DNA of 64,000 nucleotides from Candidatus Enterousia sp. (GTDB lineage Bacteria; Pseudomonadota; Alphaproteobacteria; Rs-D84): NCBI GenBank assembly GCA_045613445.1, contig JAZLAZ010000012.1, positions 7,519 to 71,518 of the forward strand, read 5' to 3'. Shown piece by piece: positions 9,032 to 18,737 of this stretch (position 1 is its first letter; each line of letters starts with the position of its first letter). The notes under the pieces were generated by a model. It saw only the letters and a program-made list of their open reading frames with translations, ran no database searches and was not told where the DNA came from. The position numbers and the translations under genes were made by a program.

Positions 9032-10255
9032 TTACTCAACCCAAATGGTCGCCGTTGTCGATGATCCCTCGCTACCTGACGGAATAAATCCAAAAATTCC
9101 TGTTGTTTTGACTGCCGTAACCGCCCCATTTGCTATATCCACTGTTGCAATTGAACCATCAACAATCTTGGCTGAATTAACAGAACTCGAAGCCAAATCC
9201 GCCAATGCAACCCCACCGTCAGTAATATCAGACGAACCGACAGCACTCTTTGTTGCTAAACTACCCAATGTTGTCCCCTTGGTAACTGTTACCGTACCAT
9301 TAGATGCCGTCACAGCGGTCACTACATTACCGCCACCAGTAGATGTTACATTCGAGGTTGTCAACGTTGCTTGTTTTCCATCAACAGCCGTCTGTAAATT
9401 AGAAATAGCAGTATTTACCGCCTTGTTCTGAACAGGATTCGTACTGGTTGAACTTAACGCTGTGTCAACCTGCACACCACTAACAGTAATAACACCATCT
9501 GTTCCCTTGGTAACTGTAACACTGCCCGAACCCTTGATATTAGTATCAGGAACCAATGTATCTTGTTTCCCCGCCAAACCTTCAGCCAATGCAACTTTCG
9601 TCGCATAGGTATTTACAATGTTATTACCACTGGCATCTGCTGTTGCCTTGGCCGCCGTACCAGTCGTACTTAACTTACCAGACAATGCGCTATAAACCGC
9701 CTTGTTCTGAACAGGATTCGTACTGGTTGAACTTAACGCTGTATCAACCATTACACCACCCAATGTATCAGCCGTTGCTGTTGGCAATGTTGCTCCACTA
9801 ACAGTAATAACACCATCTGTTCCCTTGGTGACTGTAACACTGCCCGAACCCTTGATATTAGTATCAGGAACCAATGTATCTTGTTTTCCAGTTGCATACG
9901 CATCATATGTTGCAACCTTATCCGCAGTAATACCAGAATTAGCTGCATTTAATTGTGCTGTACTTAAGTTATTTTGCTTTTTACTCAACGCAGTATTTAC
10001 AACCTTGTTCTGAACAGCGTTTGTACTGGTACTGCTCATAGCGCTATCAAATGCCTTGGGGGTTGCAGAAACAATACCATCTGTTTCAGAAACATATTGG
10101 ATATAAGATCCATCTGCCCCCATCTTGGTGGCGTCCAATGATTCCAATGCTTCATCAACATAATTCTTAGATGCAATTGGTGTTCCAGCAGCAGCTGCAA
10201 ATGCATCAGACATAGACATTGCAATCAAAGCCAATAAAACTGCGGTTTTTCTCAT
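9032..10255 (-). CDS. Secreted repetitive Thr/Ser/Ala/Gly-rich fibre or adhesin-like protein
   Basis: Signal peptide MRKTAVLLALIAMSMSDAFA (start at 10255 after AAGGG). Repeats VDTALSSTSTNPVQNKAV and KQDTLVPDTNIKGSGSVTVTKGTDGVITVSG. C-terminus IPSGSEGSSTTATIWVE. Confidence 0.7.
   Translation of the reverse strand: MRKTAVLLALIAMSMSDAFAAAAGTPIASKNYVDEALESLDATKMGADGSYIQYVSETDGIVSATPKAFDSAMSSTSTNAVQNKVVNTALSKKQNNLSTAQLNAANSGITADKVATYDAYATGKQDTLVPDTNIKGSGSVTVTKGTDGVITVSGATLPTATADTLGGVMVDTALSSTSTNPVQNKAVYSALSGKLSTTGTAAKATADASGNNIVNTYATKVALAEGLAGKQDTLVPDTNIKGSGSVTVTKGTDGVITVSGVQVDTALSSTSTNPVQNKAVNTAISNLQTAVDGKQATLTTSNVTSTGGGNVVTAVTASNGTVTVTKGTTLGSLATKSAVGSSDITDGGVALADLASSSVNSAKIVDGSIATVDIANGAVTAVKTTGIFGFIPSGSEGSSTTATIWVE
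9417..9886. repeat. Intragenic direct duplication (47 bp identical plus 92 bp with one mismatch)
   Basis: 9417..9463 equals 9696..9742. 9477..9568 matches 9795..9886 with one A/G difference. Confidence 0.9.
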
Positions 10256-10588
10256 ATTTTTCCCTTTCCACATGGTAATCTTAGCAATTTTTCCAACAAC
10301 ACGTCAACAGCTAATATTGCATATATACATATTTTTTATTAATTATCCTAACAACCTTTTTAATAATCCTGATCCCACCTAAGTTTTACACCCAAATTAT
10401 ACTGCATTTTTGTCATTTTTGCTAAGACAGGAACAGTGAATATTAAAATTTATAACAATTACAAAAAATGAATTAAATCATTATTGCACCTGTTACACTA
10501 AGACTGCATAGTCTACAAAATACAGATAAACAAAAAAACAGGGATTTGCATCCCTGTTTTTGTTTTTTCATAATACACATTATATGTA

Positions 10589-11287
10589 TTAGTTGCTGCC
10601 ATAAGAATCAACAACGTCTGTCCATTTGACATAGTTGCCAGCTGCTGCTTCCAATGCATCAATCGCATTGTTCTGAGTAGTCTGTTCTGCTTTTATTGTA
10701 ACGATATCTGCTGCATTTGCTTCTGCAGTTGATTTTGCACTTTCCGCATCAGTTTTTGCTTTTTCCGCATCAGACTTTGCTGTTGCCGCATCAGATTTTG
10801 CTGTTGCTGCATCAGATTTTGCTGTTGCCGCATCTGCCAGTGCTTGATCTGCTGTTGATTTTGCAGTATTAGCTACACTCTGTGCTCCTTCAGCTGCTGT
10901 TTTTGCTTCACCTGCTACATTTGTTGCTGCAGTTGCTGCATTAACTGCAGTGGTTGCATTGGTCTTTGCAGCATTGATTTCAGTATCCTGTGCTTCTTGA
11001 CCAGCTTCGTATGTTGCTGTTGTTACATAATCGCCCAAAGATGTGTTTACATCCGCTTTCAGTGCGTATGCAGACATATCAGCTGGTGTAACCGCTGTAA
11101 CTTTACCGTCTGTCATTGTAACACCAGCGATTGGTGCAGTACCATTATCTTTTGAAGAGTCCAAAGTTTTAACTACATCATGAACATAGTTCGTAGATGC
11201 AACTGGTGTGCCCGCTGCTGCTGCAAACGCATCAACAGCTGTCAATCCTAAGATAGTTGCGAAAATTCCCGCTGTAAGTTTTTTCAT
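10589..11287 (-). CDS. Secreted Ala-rich coiled-coil fibre-like protein
   Basis: Signal peptide ending DAFA. Mature N-terminus AAAGTPVASTNYV is shared with the 9032 protein. Heptad AKSDAAT repeats. Confidence 0.75.
   Translation of the reverse strand: MKKLTAGIFATILGLTAVDAFAAAAGTPVASTNYVHDVVKTLDSSKDNGTAPIAGVTMTDGKVTAVTPADMSAYALKADVNTSLGDYVTTATYEAGQEAQDTEINAAKTNATTAVNAATAATNVAGEAKTAAEGAQSVANTAKSTADQALADAATAKSDAATAKSDAATAKSDAEKAKTDAESAKSTAEANAADIVTIKAEQTTQNNAIDALEAAAGNYVKWTDVVDSYGSN
10746..10835. repeat. 21-bp tandem repeat (AKSDAAT heptads)
   Basis: GCATCAGA[CT]TTTGCTGTTGC[CT] x3 at 10767..10829 plus degenerate flanking units. Confidence 0.85.
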
Positions 11288-11341
11288 CGTTTTTTCCTTT
11301 CTTTCGTTTTGTTTAAGTTTGTTTTTGTTTCCCCAAAATCA

Positions 11342-12229
11342 TTATATGCTTTCATCATACATATATGATTCTGTTGATTCCGTTGTTGGTAGCGTTATTT
11401 CATCCGCCGGTTCAACAACCGTTGTCGTTGCGGCATCGTCAACATCATCCACCAATTCCAACCAGAAATAATTACCATCCATATCAACAGACAAGACACA
11501 TACTGTCGAGCCTGATTTACAATTGGCATCTGGTTTCGGAAGTGCATATTCCTTGACATCCGCCGTCGTCGCCAAGCCATCGCTAAACGCGCCACTTAAC
11601 GCACCAACGATTGCAGAGACCGTATTGTTGTCGTCAATCGAAATATATTCGTCGTCGCCAACATATACGCCCGCTGCAGAAATTTGTTCATTCAGACGAT
11701 CTTCTAATTCATCCAATGCATCTTGGGTAATCAAATCGTATTCTTCGGTTTTTTGATCCCCAACCTGAACATACAATTTGTCACCATCAACATACACATT
11801 TACAGATGTACCCAACCATTCTTGCAAATCTTCTTTTAATGCGTCTGTATCAACCGCCCCAGACTGACCAGGAACAATTGGTTTTGTCGATGAACCACCG
11901 CCTGTCGACCCTGTTCCATTATAACCCGCCAAGTATTTACCAATTGATAAACGTGGCGCAGTTGCCGAACGCGTCGATGGTGTACGCAATGCAGCATTTG
12001 TATTACGTGTACCAGATGCGTCATTTACACGCAATGTTCCAGCACGCGCAGCACTGATTGCAGATCCAGATGTTTCATTTGCAACATTTGCACGAACAGA
12101 TGATGTACCAGTATATGTACCCGCACCACCCAACGAACGAACAGATGATGCCGCATATGATGGCGTCATAATCGACGCACACACGATGCCAACCAATGAT
12201 GCAGATAAAATATTTAAATTTGTTTTCAT
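11342..12229 (-). CDS. Secreted hypothetical protein (Ser/Thr/Arg-rich N-terminus, acidic C-terminus)
   Basis: Signal peptide ending PSYA, CKSGSTVCVLS motif, same strand as its neighbours. Confidence 0.7.
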   Translation of the reverse strand: MKTNLNILSASLVGIVCASIMTPSYAASSVRSLGGAGTYTGTSSVRANVANETSGSAISAARAGTLRVNDASGTRNTNAALRTPSTRSATAPRLSIGKYLAGYNGTGSTGGGSSTKPIVPGQSGAVDTDALKEDLQEWLGTSVNVYVDGDKLYVQVGDQKTEEYDLITQDALDELEDRLNEQISAAGVYVGDDEYISIDDNNTVSAIVGALSGAFSDGLATTADVKEYALPKPDANCKSGSTVCVLSVDMDGNYFWLELVDDVDDAATTTVVEPADEITLPTTESTESYMYDESI

Positions 12230-12311
12230 CGTCGTCTCTCTCTACTCGTAAACACTATATCACATTTTAGAATCTACGAAAAGCCTTTTTTTTATTTTTT
12301 CCTAATTTTTT

Positions 12312-13013
12312 TTAGAAATCATATCTGATACCAAACGAAATTGAATTATCCAATATCAAACCAATATCGTTACTGAACGCTTCGCCGCCCAACAATGTGC
12401 GTTCTTGTTCACCACCGAACAATCCAGCCAAGCGATAACGAATATCAAATGTTAAATTATAATCCAATTCATGTGTATAACCAATCATAATGCCAGCCAT
12501 TGGGGATACAGTTGCATTTTTACGATCACCAGTATCAAACACTGCACCATCCAATTCAGTTGTTGGTACCGCAACACCCAAACCAGCACCAATATACATA
12601 CCATTTACAAAATCATAATAACCATTTGCCATTACATATGGAATAGTCAATTTGAACGCGTATGCCAAATCCTTATCTTCGTATTGTCCCAGCAAACCTG
12701 CTTCTAATTCTGCACGCCAAAAGTATTTAAATGTTTTACCAACAAACAAATCACCACCAAATACAACTTCGCTGTATTTATCAGAATCAAATTCAGTACC
12801 AGCACCGCCCCATTCTGTATCGTACTTATTTTCCCAATTCATCAAATTCAGACCAACACGACCACCAACATACCAGCCGTTTTTTGCCTTGTCCGTATAA
12901 TCGTATGTAACATCATAACCACCACGACCATCACGTTTGATATAACTTGGCGCAGCATCTGCAACAGTTGTTGCCATTGTCGCCAACACCGCCAAAGAAA
13001 CTATTCTTTTCAT
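12312..13013 (-). CDS. Outer-membrane beta-barrel protein (OmpA-like/opacity-type barrel)
   Basis: Signal peptide, WYVGGRVG, RAELE, YIGAGLG, FDIRYR, terminal GIRYDF. Confidence 0.8.
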   Translation of the reverse strand: MKRIVSLAVLATMATTVADAAPSYIKRDGRGGYDVTYDYTDKAKNGWYVGGRVGLNLMNWENKYDTEWGGAGTEFDSDKYSEVVFGGDLFVGKTFKYFWRAELEAGLLGQYEDKDLAYAFKLTIPYVMANGYYDFVNGMYIGAGLGVAVPTTELDGAVFDTGDRKNATVSPMAGIMIGYTHELDYNLTFDIRYRLAGLFGGEQERTLLGGEAFSNDIGLILDNSISFGIRYDF

Positions 13014-13086
13014 TATATATATCCTTTCCTTTATTTATGTGCATTGTAACACAATCTTATAATCTTGCCAAGCATTAAAAACATTA

Positions 13087-13115
13087 TTGACATCAATTTA
13101 TAAATTCACTAATAT
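13087..13115 (+). promoter_or_regulatory. Sigma70-type promoter of pal
   Basis: TTGACA-N17-TAATAT, followed by RBS GAGG before ATG 13141. Confidence 0.6.
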
Positions 13116-13140
13116 ACCCACATAAAAGAGAGGAAACACA

Positions 13141-13536
13141 ATGAAAAAAATTATCGTTCTTGTTGCATTGGCTATGATTTCTGCATGCACACACATCCCA
13201 TCTGACATCAATGGCGATCAGGTTTTTTACGCCTTCGATTCGGCCCAGATTTCTGATGATGCACGTGACAACTTAAAGGGTCAGGCTTTATACATGAAGA
13301 AAAACCCAGATGTAAATATTACAATTCAGGGTCGTTGCGACGAACGTGGTTCAACAGAATACAACTTGGCTTTGGGTGCATTACGCGCTGGAAACGCTGC
13401 ACACGTTCTGATACGCAACGATATTGAACCAGCCAGAATCAAAACAATTTCATACGGCAAAGAAAACCCAATCTACAAAGGAACAGGCGAAAAAGTCTGG
13501 GCAAAAAACAGAAATGCAACAACAGTTGTAAAATAA
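13141..13536 (+). CDS. pal: Peptidoglycan-associated lipoprotein (OmpA C-terminal domain)
   Basis: Lipobox ISAC, FAFDS, GRCDERGSTEYNLALG, ISYGKENP, KNRNA. Confidence 0.85.
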   Translation: MKKIIVLVALAMISACTHIPSDINGDQVFYAFDSAQISDDARDNLKGQALYMKKNPDVNITIQGRCDERGSTEYNLALGALRAGNAAHVLIRNDIEPARIKTISYGKENPIYKGTGEKVWAKNRNATTVVK

Positions 13537-13604
13537 GACAAAAAAATCCCACAATCGTGGGATTTTTATTTGACCGTTATTATTTTTTTTACTATATTCC
13601 AACC

Positions 13605-14396
13605 ATGGAAGAAAAGACTGTTATATCATTCGCAAATGTCGCTGCCCAATATGATGGCACACCAGAAATCTTGACCGATGTTTCTTTTAATATCGGTGCT
13701 GGGTCTTTTTATTTTCTGTCTGGGGCATCTGGGGCGGGAAAAACAACATTGTTGCGACTTATTTATCAATTGCACAAACCTGCCCGCGGGCAAATCAAAC
13801 TGTTCGGAAAAAATACTGACGATATGTCGCGCGATGAAATTATAAAACTGCGACAAAAAATGGCCATTGTTTTCCAAGAATATTCACTGCTGTCACACCT
13901 GACTGTATTTGACAATATTGCGTTACCACTGCGCGTACGCGGCATGCCGGAAAACAAAATAAACAAACTGGTGCCAAAGGTGTTGGAATGGGTTGGACTT
14001 GGCAAATACGCAGATGTAAATCCAAAATCGCTGTCCGGTGGCCAACAACAACGCATATCTGTTGCACGTGCAATTATTGTCCAGCCTGCTGTACTGCTGG
14101 CCGACGAACCAACCGGTAATTTGGATGACGAAAACGCATCCAGACTGATGGAACTGTTTATACAAATGAACAAAATGTTCGGCACAACTATCATCTTGGC
14201 AACGCACAGTAGAAAACTGATGGAAACATATAAATTTCCTGTTATTCGTGTTGAAAACCACCGTGTCAGTTTTACTGGGAAAAACACATCCCCTGCCCCA
14301 CAATCCGAATCGGACAAAAAAGTATGGAAAGGCCCCAAACCACAAAACTATTTCACTGAACTATCTAAACAATTTGACGATATTGGAAACGCATAA
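13605..14396 (+). CDS. ftsE: Cell division ABC ATPase FtsE
   Basis: GASGAGKTT, LSGGQQQR and LLADEPTGNLD motifs; followed by ftsX. Start placed at ATG 13605. Confidence 0.88.
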   Translation: MEEKTVISFANVAAQYDGTPEILTDVSFNIGAGSFYFLSGASGAGKTTLLRLIYQLHKPARGQIKLFGKNTDDMSRDEIIKLRQKMAIVFQEYSLLSHLTVFDNIALPLRVRGMPENKINKLVPKVLEWVGLGKYADVNPKSLSGGQQQRISVARAIIVQPAVLLADEPTGNLDDENASRLMELFIQMNKMFGTTIILATHSRKLMETYKFPVIRVENHRVSFTGKNTSPAPQSESDKKVWKGPKPQNYFTELSKQFDDIGNA

Positions 14397-15235
14397 TGAT
14401 AAAAAAACCAATTGTATTTTCACTAATTCGTGAACAGTCTATGTTTATGACCGCCATCATGTCTTTATTGTCTTTTTTAGCAATATTGACATTGGGAATT
14501 TCACTTGCAATTGGCACCGGCGTTATGCGTTGGAATAATCAGTGGGAACTGTTCGCCACAGTGCAGGTAACAAATAATAAAAAAGTCGATACCGTAAACA
14601 AAATCATCAATAAAAATTCTGATAAAATCGAATCGGTTACACAGATTACAAACGAACAAATGCAAGACTTGATGGCACCGTGGGTATCTAACAGCAAAAC
14701 AATACAAAACTATCTGCCACAAATGTGGGAAATTCAATTCAAATCCGAAACAGATTTACAAACTTTTGCTGAACAAATCAATAAAGACGCAAGATTTTTG
14801 ACACACGCCAGCGCATTATCTACATCTACAACCGCTGGTTGGAAAATGATATTGATGTCTTCATTTTTATTAGTATTGGTGTTGGGTGCAATTGGTTTTT
14901 GCATATCCTATATTACACGAAATACCGCGATGCTGCACAAACGCGAACTGGAAATATTAAACCAAGTTGGCGCATCTGATGATTTTATAACTCGCCAAAT
15001 GCAAATCATCGTTGCAAAAATTAGCACAATAGCAACCGGAATTGGCTTTATCACAGCTGTGCCTGTATTACTGACAATAATATCCATCGCACACAGTGCC
15101 CGTGTTGGTTTGATGGCTACGATGGGGCTAAGTGGTTTGGGTTGGACAATATTGACTTTATTACCTGTTTTAATCGTAATATTTGCAATATATATTACAC
15201 GCAAAACAACCCTAAACATATTAAAGAATAATTAA
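14396..15235 (+). CDS. ftsX: Cell division permease FtsX
   Basis: Four-TM layout with ELEILNQVGASDDFI motif; abuts ftsE. Confidence 0.8.
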   Translation: MIKKPIVFSLIREQSMFMTAIMSLLSFLAILTLGISLAIGTGVMRWNNQWELFATVQVTNNKKVDTVNKIINKNSDKIESVTQITNEQMQDLMAPWVSNSKTIQNYLPQMWEIQFKSETDLQTFAEQINKDARFLTHASALSTSTTAGWKMILMSSFLLVLVLGAIGFCISYITRNTAMLHKRELEILNQVGASDDFITRQMQIIVAKISTIATGIGFITAVPVLLTIISIAHSARVGLMATMGLSGLGWTILTLLPVLIVIFAIYITRKTTLNILKNN

Positions 15236-15751
15236 ATGCTGAAAAACTTGATAACACCTTCTTTTGTGTTACTGTGCTGCTTTGTAATTGGTGGCATGTT
15301 TTTCAAATCATCTGCACCCAGATATTGTGGCGAAATTTATGATAATGACAGTATATTCGTTCTGACCGGTGACGAACGCAGAATTCCTTTTGCTATTCGC
15401 AAAATGCAAGAATTCCCAAATGCAAATTTATATATAATTGGTGTTGGCACACCGAATGCAGTACACATAAACAGACCTGCGATTATTGAATCTGCATCAC
15501 AATCTACATATCAGAACGCACTGGCAATAAAAAAAATAGTATCAGAGCAACAATTAAAACGAATCGTCATTATCACAACCGAAGATCATATAAATCGCGC
15601 AAAATACTTGATTCACAAAGAACTACCAAACACAGAAATTGTTACATGTCCTGCTATGTTGGTCGGGATGCCACCTGCAAAAAGACTTGAAAGATGGACA
15701 ACAGAATATATAAAATACATCGTAACGATGATTGGAATCAAAGAAAGTTAA
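15236..15751 (+). CDS. YdcF/ElyC (DUF218) family protein
   Basis: VLTG..RI, STYQNA, ITTEDHINRA; typical ftsEX neighbour in alphaproteobacteria. Confidence 0.75.
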   Translation: MLKNLITPSFVLLCCFVIGGMFFKSSAPRYCGEIYDNDSIFVLTGDERRIPFAIRKMQEFPNANLYIIGVGTPNAVHINRPAIIESASQSTYQNALAIKKIVSEQQLKRIVIITTEDHINRAKYLIHKELPNTEIVTCPAMLVGMPPAKRLERWTTEYIKYIVTMIGIKES

Positions 15752-15767
15752 AACAAAGGAAAAAAAA

Positions 15768-16475
15768 ATGATACGCACAATAATATTCAAAATCGTACTT
15801 GGAATTTATTTCACACTATGGTCACCATTATTATTGATTGGGTTAGTATCAAAAAAACTATCCAGAAAACTTGTTTTTGCAGATGCAGCAGGCGTATTAG
15901 TACTAGCGCGCTTGATTTGTGGTATTAAATATACTGTTCATTACCCAGCCACAGAAGAAAACGGCATTCCAAACCTTCCAAACGGCAACAAACGCATTGA
16001 TGGGAAATCTATAATCGCCGCAAAACATATGTCTATTTTAGAAATTTCTATTATTTCAAAGGTAATACCAAATTCATTCTTTATTATGAAACGCGAACTA
16101 TTATGGATACCAATTTACGGATGGGCATTTTGGCGTTGTGGCATGTTGGGCGTAAATCGTACCAAAGGTAAAACAAATATGAAAAAATTAGCAGACGATG
16201 TCGAACAACGTGTCTTGGACGGATACACATTGGTCATATTCCCAGAAGGCACACGCGCCAAACCAGGGCAACAAATTCCGTTAAAACGAGGCTTGTTGTT
16301 ATTGGCACATACATTAAAATTACCAATTCTGCCAGTCGGCACAGATGCAGGTCTGTATTGGCCGAAACACGGTCGCATGAATTCTGGCATGGCAAATGTT
16401 TGGTTTGAACCATTACTACCATCAAACGCATCATTGGATGAAATTAGCGAAGCAATCAATCGCCACAGTGCATAA
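15768..16475 (+). CDS. plsC: 1-acyl-sn-glycerol-3-phosphate acyltransferase
   Basis: KHMSILE (HxxxxD variant), MKRELLWIP and FPEGTR motifs. Confidence 0.85.
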   Translation: MIRTIIFKIVLGIYFTLWSPLLLIGLVSKKLSRKLVFADAAGVLVLARLICGIKYTVHYPATEENGIPNLPNGNKRIDGKSIIAAKHMSILEISIISKVIPNSFFIMKRELLWIPIYGWAFWRCGMLGVNRTKGKTNMKKLADDVEQRVLDGYTLVIFPEGTRAKPGQQIPLKRGLLLLAHTLKLPILPVGTDAGLYWPKHGRMNSGMANVWFEPLLPSNASLDEISEAINRHSA

Positions 16476-16477
16476 AT

Positions 16478-16506
16478 AAAAAATCCCCAAAGCGGGGATT
16501 TTTTTT
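16478..16506. terminator. Bidirectional intrinsic terminator
   Basis: AAAAAA-TCCCC-AAAGC-GGGGA-T tract between convergent genes. Confidence 0.8.
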
Positions 16507-16915
16507 AATTACACCAACCGTATCGTTTTTCACCTTTATATGGTCGCGCAAGTTTTTCTTTTATCAAAATTTCACCAACATCGCGCCCATCTGACAATAT
16601 AACATTTGCATCTATTCGCCCCAAATATTTATCATCTTTGATATTTTTTAAATCCACAACAGTACCATTGGGCAGCAGATTAAACATAAAATCTTTGGCT
16701 AAATTTGCTTTATCTATTTCCGCAGGACATGCACCATTTAATTCGGGCGTATCAACATTGATAATACGAACACGCACTGTAATTTTTATATCATCATCAA
16801 TCTTGACCCCCGCAGCAAATGTATCACCATCTAAGACATAATCAACAACTGCCGGTACCGCATATGCAGAATTCAGTAAACATAAACTTAAACAAAATAA
16901 ATATAACTTTTTCAT
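16505..16915 (-). CDS. Secreted thermonuclease (SNase family)
   Basis: Signal peptide, VLDGDTF, RIINVDTPEL, DKYLGRI. Confidence 0.88.
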   Translation of the reverse strand: MKKLYLFCLSLCLLNSAYAVPAVVDYVLDGDTFAAGVKIDDDIKITVRVRIINVDTPELNGACPAEIDKANLAKDFMFNLLPNGTVVDLKNIKDDKYLGRIDANVILSDGRDVGEILIKEKLARPYKGEKRYGWCN

Positions 16916-16957
16916 TTAATTATTCCTGTGTTATAAAAACGCCCGATTGGGCGTTTT

Positions 16958-18277
16958 TTATGGTAATCTTGGCGACCATGTTGGTTCTACTGCATTTATA
17001 TCATCACCCACTTCGATATCATAGATATTTTGGCCTGTGATATCAACACTGCGAATATGACTGATACGTTCAATATCATCAAATGCGCGTTCTGTTTCAT
17101 AATAAACCAATCTGCGTGATCCTGGCGCCCATGATGGCGCTTCCATATACCATCCACCAGCCAATATTTTCTCGTTTTTACCCTGTGGATTCATAATACC
17201 TATATAGAAAGTATCATCAGCCATTTTAGTAAAAGCAATAAACTGTCCATCAGGACTCCATGCAGGAGTTGCATATTTACCATTACCATAAGTAATACGC
17301 TTTTCCACACCTGTATCTAAATCCAGAATATGAATTTGCTGACGTCCTGATCTATCTGAATTAAAAGCCATCTTTTTACCATCTGGTGAATAAGACGGAC
17401 TGGTATTCAATGAATTTCCAAAAGTCAACTGACGAAGTTTTTTTGTTTCAATATCATATTCATATATATGCGTAATACCATTTTTAACCAAAGACAGCGC
17501 AATTTTTTTACCGTCTGGTGAAAAACGCGGTGCAAAGTTCATCCCCCCAAACTGTCCCAGTTTTCTTTGTTCACCTGTTTCCAGATCCAATGTCCAAACA
17601 CTTGGATCATCATTATAATAGGACAAGAATACAACAGTTCCCATATTTGGCGAAAAGTGTGGCGACATAACAAAACCATCTTTATCAGACAAATATCGCA
17701 ACCCATAACCATCTTGGTCAATAATTGCCATACGTTTTTCGCGCGCATCGACTGGACCAGTTTCTGCAATAAATACGATCTGCGTATCAAAATAACCGAT
17801 TTCACCTGTCAATCTTTCATAAATTGCATCTGCCATAATATGTGCCAAACGGCGTACAGATTTGCGTGAAGACACCAACGCTTGTGCTTCTATTTGTTCT
17901 GCACCATCGACATCCCAAACAAAGAATTCCAGTTTATAATCGTTATTTGGCACCGCAGACAATTTCGCCTGAACTAAAACTTGCGTTTTAATCGCCTGCC
18001 ATAACTTAAAGTTCGGCATATCACCCATTTTTACATATTCTGGCAACGCATCATGACTGACAATACGAAACAAACCTGTGCGTTTCAAGTCTGCTTCAAC
18101 CACTTCGCGTATCATGACTGCATCTTTACTTTTAACATTACCTACCGTTTCAAATTTCAAAACAGCAATTGATATTGGCGACGACGCCCCAGCAACAATA
18201 TCCACCTTTAATTCTGCGCGCGCAGGCATAACAAATAATGCACACAACATCATAACAGACAGCATCTTTTTTAACAT
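16958..18277 (-). CDS. tolB: Tol-Pal beta-propeller protein TolB
   Basis: Signal peptide, AHIMADAIYERLTG..GYFDTQI, repeated PxFSPDG/WSPDG blades. Confidence 0.93.
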   Translation of the reverse strand: MLKKMLSVMMLCALFVMPARAELKVDIVAGASSPISIAVLKFETVGNVKSKDAVMIREVVEADLKRTGLFRIVSHDALPEYVKMGDMPNFKLWQAIKTQVLVQAKLSAVPNNDYKLEFFVWDVDGAEQIEAQALVSSRKSVRRLAHIMADAIYERLTGEIGYFDTQIVFIAETGPVDAREKRMAIIDQDGYGLRYLSDKDGFVMSPHFSPNMGTVVFLSYYNDDPSVWTLDLETGEQRKLGQFGGMNFAPRFSPDGKKIALSLVKNGITHIYEYDIETKKLRQLTFGNSLNTSPSYSPDGKKMAFNSDRSGRQQIHILDLDTGVEKRITYGNGKYATPAWSPDGQFIAFTKMADDTFYIGIMNPQGKNEKILAGGWYMEAPSWAPGSRRLVYYETERAFDDIERISHIRSVDITGQNIYDIEVGDDINAVEPTWSPRLP

Positions 18278-18386
18278 TATTGACCCTTTCCTTGGTATTT
18301 AATCTATGGCAATTCTAAACCTATAAAAACGAAATTGCAAGCAACACAACCGCCAACACCAATACCCATACAACAATCATTACAAG

Positions 18387-18430
18387 TGTAAATATATTTG
18401 TATTGACAATTGTAAATACAATGGTATAGT
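18387..18430 (+). promoter_or_regulatory. Promoter with overlapping inverted and direct repeats (putative operator)
   Basis: TTGACA (18403-08)-N16-extended -10 TGnTATAGT; inverted repeat TTGTATT-N10-AATACAA (18398-18421); direct repeat TGTAAATA at 18387 and 18411. Confidence 0.6.
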
Positions 18431-18474
18431 TCCTTGTAAAGACTGTGGTATTGTACAAAGTATAGGAGTTTGTA

Positions 18475-18699
18475 ATGCCAAATGTTATGCAACAATTATT
18501 TGTAATGAATATCGAATCATTACTGCGTGAATATGCCGCATACAAGGCCTTTAACAAATCTGACTGCGTTATAAACATGCGTATCCCCCGTCCCATTTTG
18601 GACAAGATAAAAGAACTGGCAGACGCCCAGCATGTACCATACCAATCATTGATATCTTCTGTATTATTTTCACTGGCCAATATCGAAGAAGGAAAATAA
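18475..18699 (+). CDS. CopG/ribbon-helix-helix regulator (antitoxin-like)
   Basis: INMRIPRPILDKIKELADAQHVPYQSLISSVL matches the RHH CopG-antitoxin pattern. Start position uncertain. Confidence 0.7.
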   Translation: MPNVMQQLFVMNIESLLREYAAYKAFNKSDCVINMRIPRPILDKIKELADAQHVPYQSLISSVLFSLANIEEGK

Positions 18700-18737
18700 C
18701 CACCCCACCCTGCAAAGAAATACAAAGGAGCGCGCAC

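Noticed and set aside
10501-10514. AGACT-GCAT-AGTCT palindrome between the fibre genes
   Set aside because: A single short palindrome in AT-rich DNA with no second copy seen, so it is compatible with chance.
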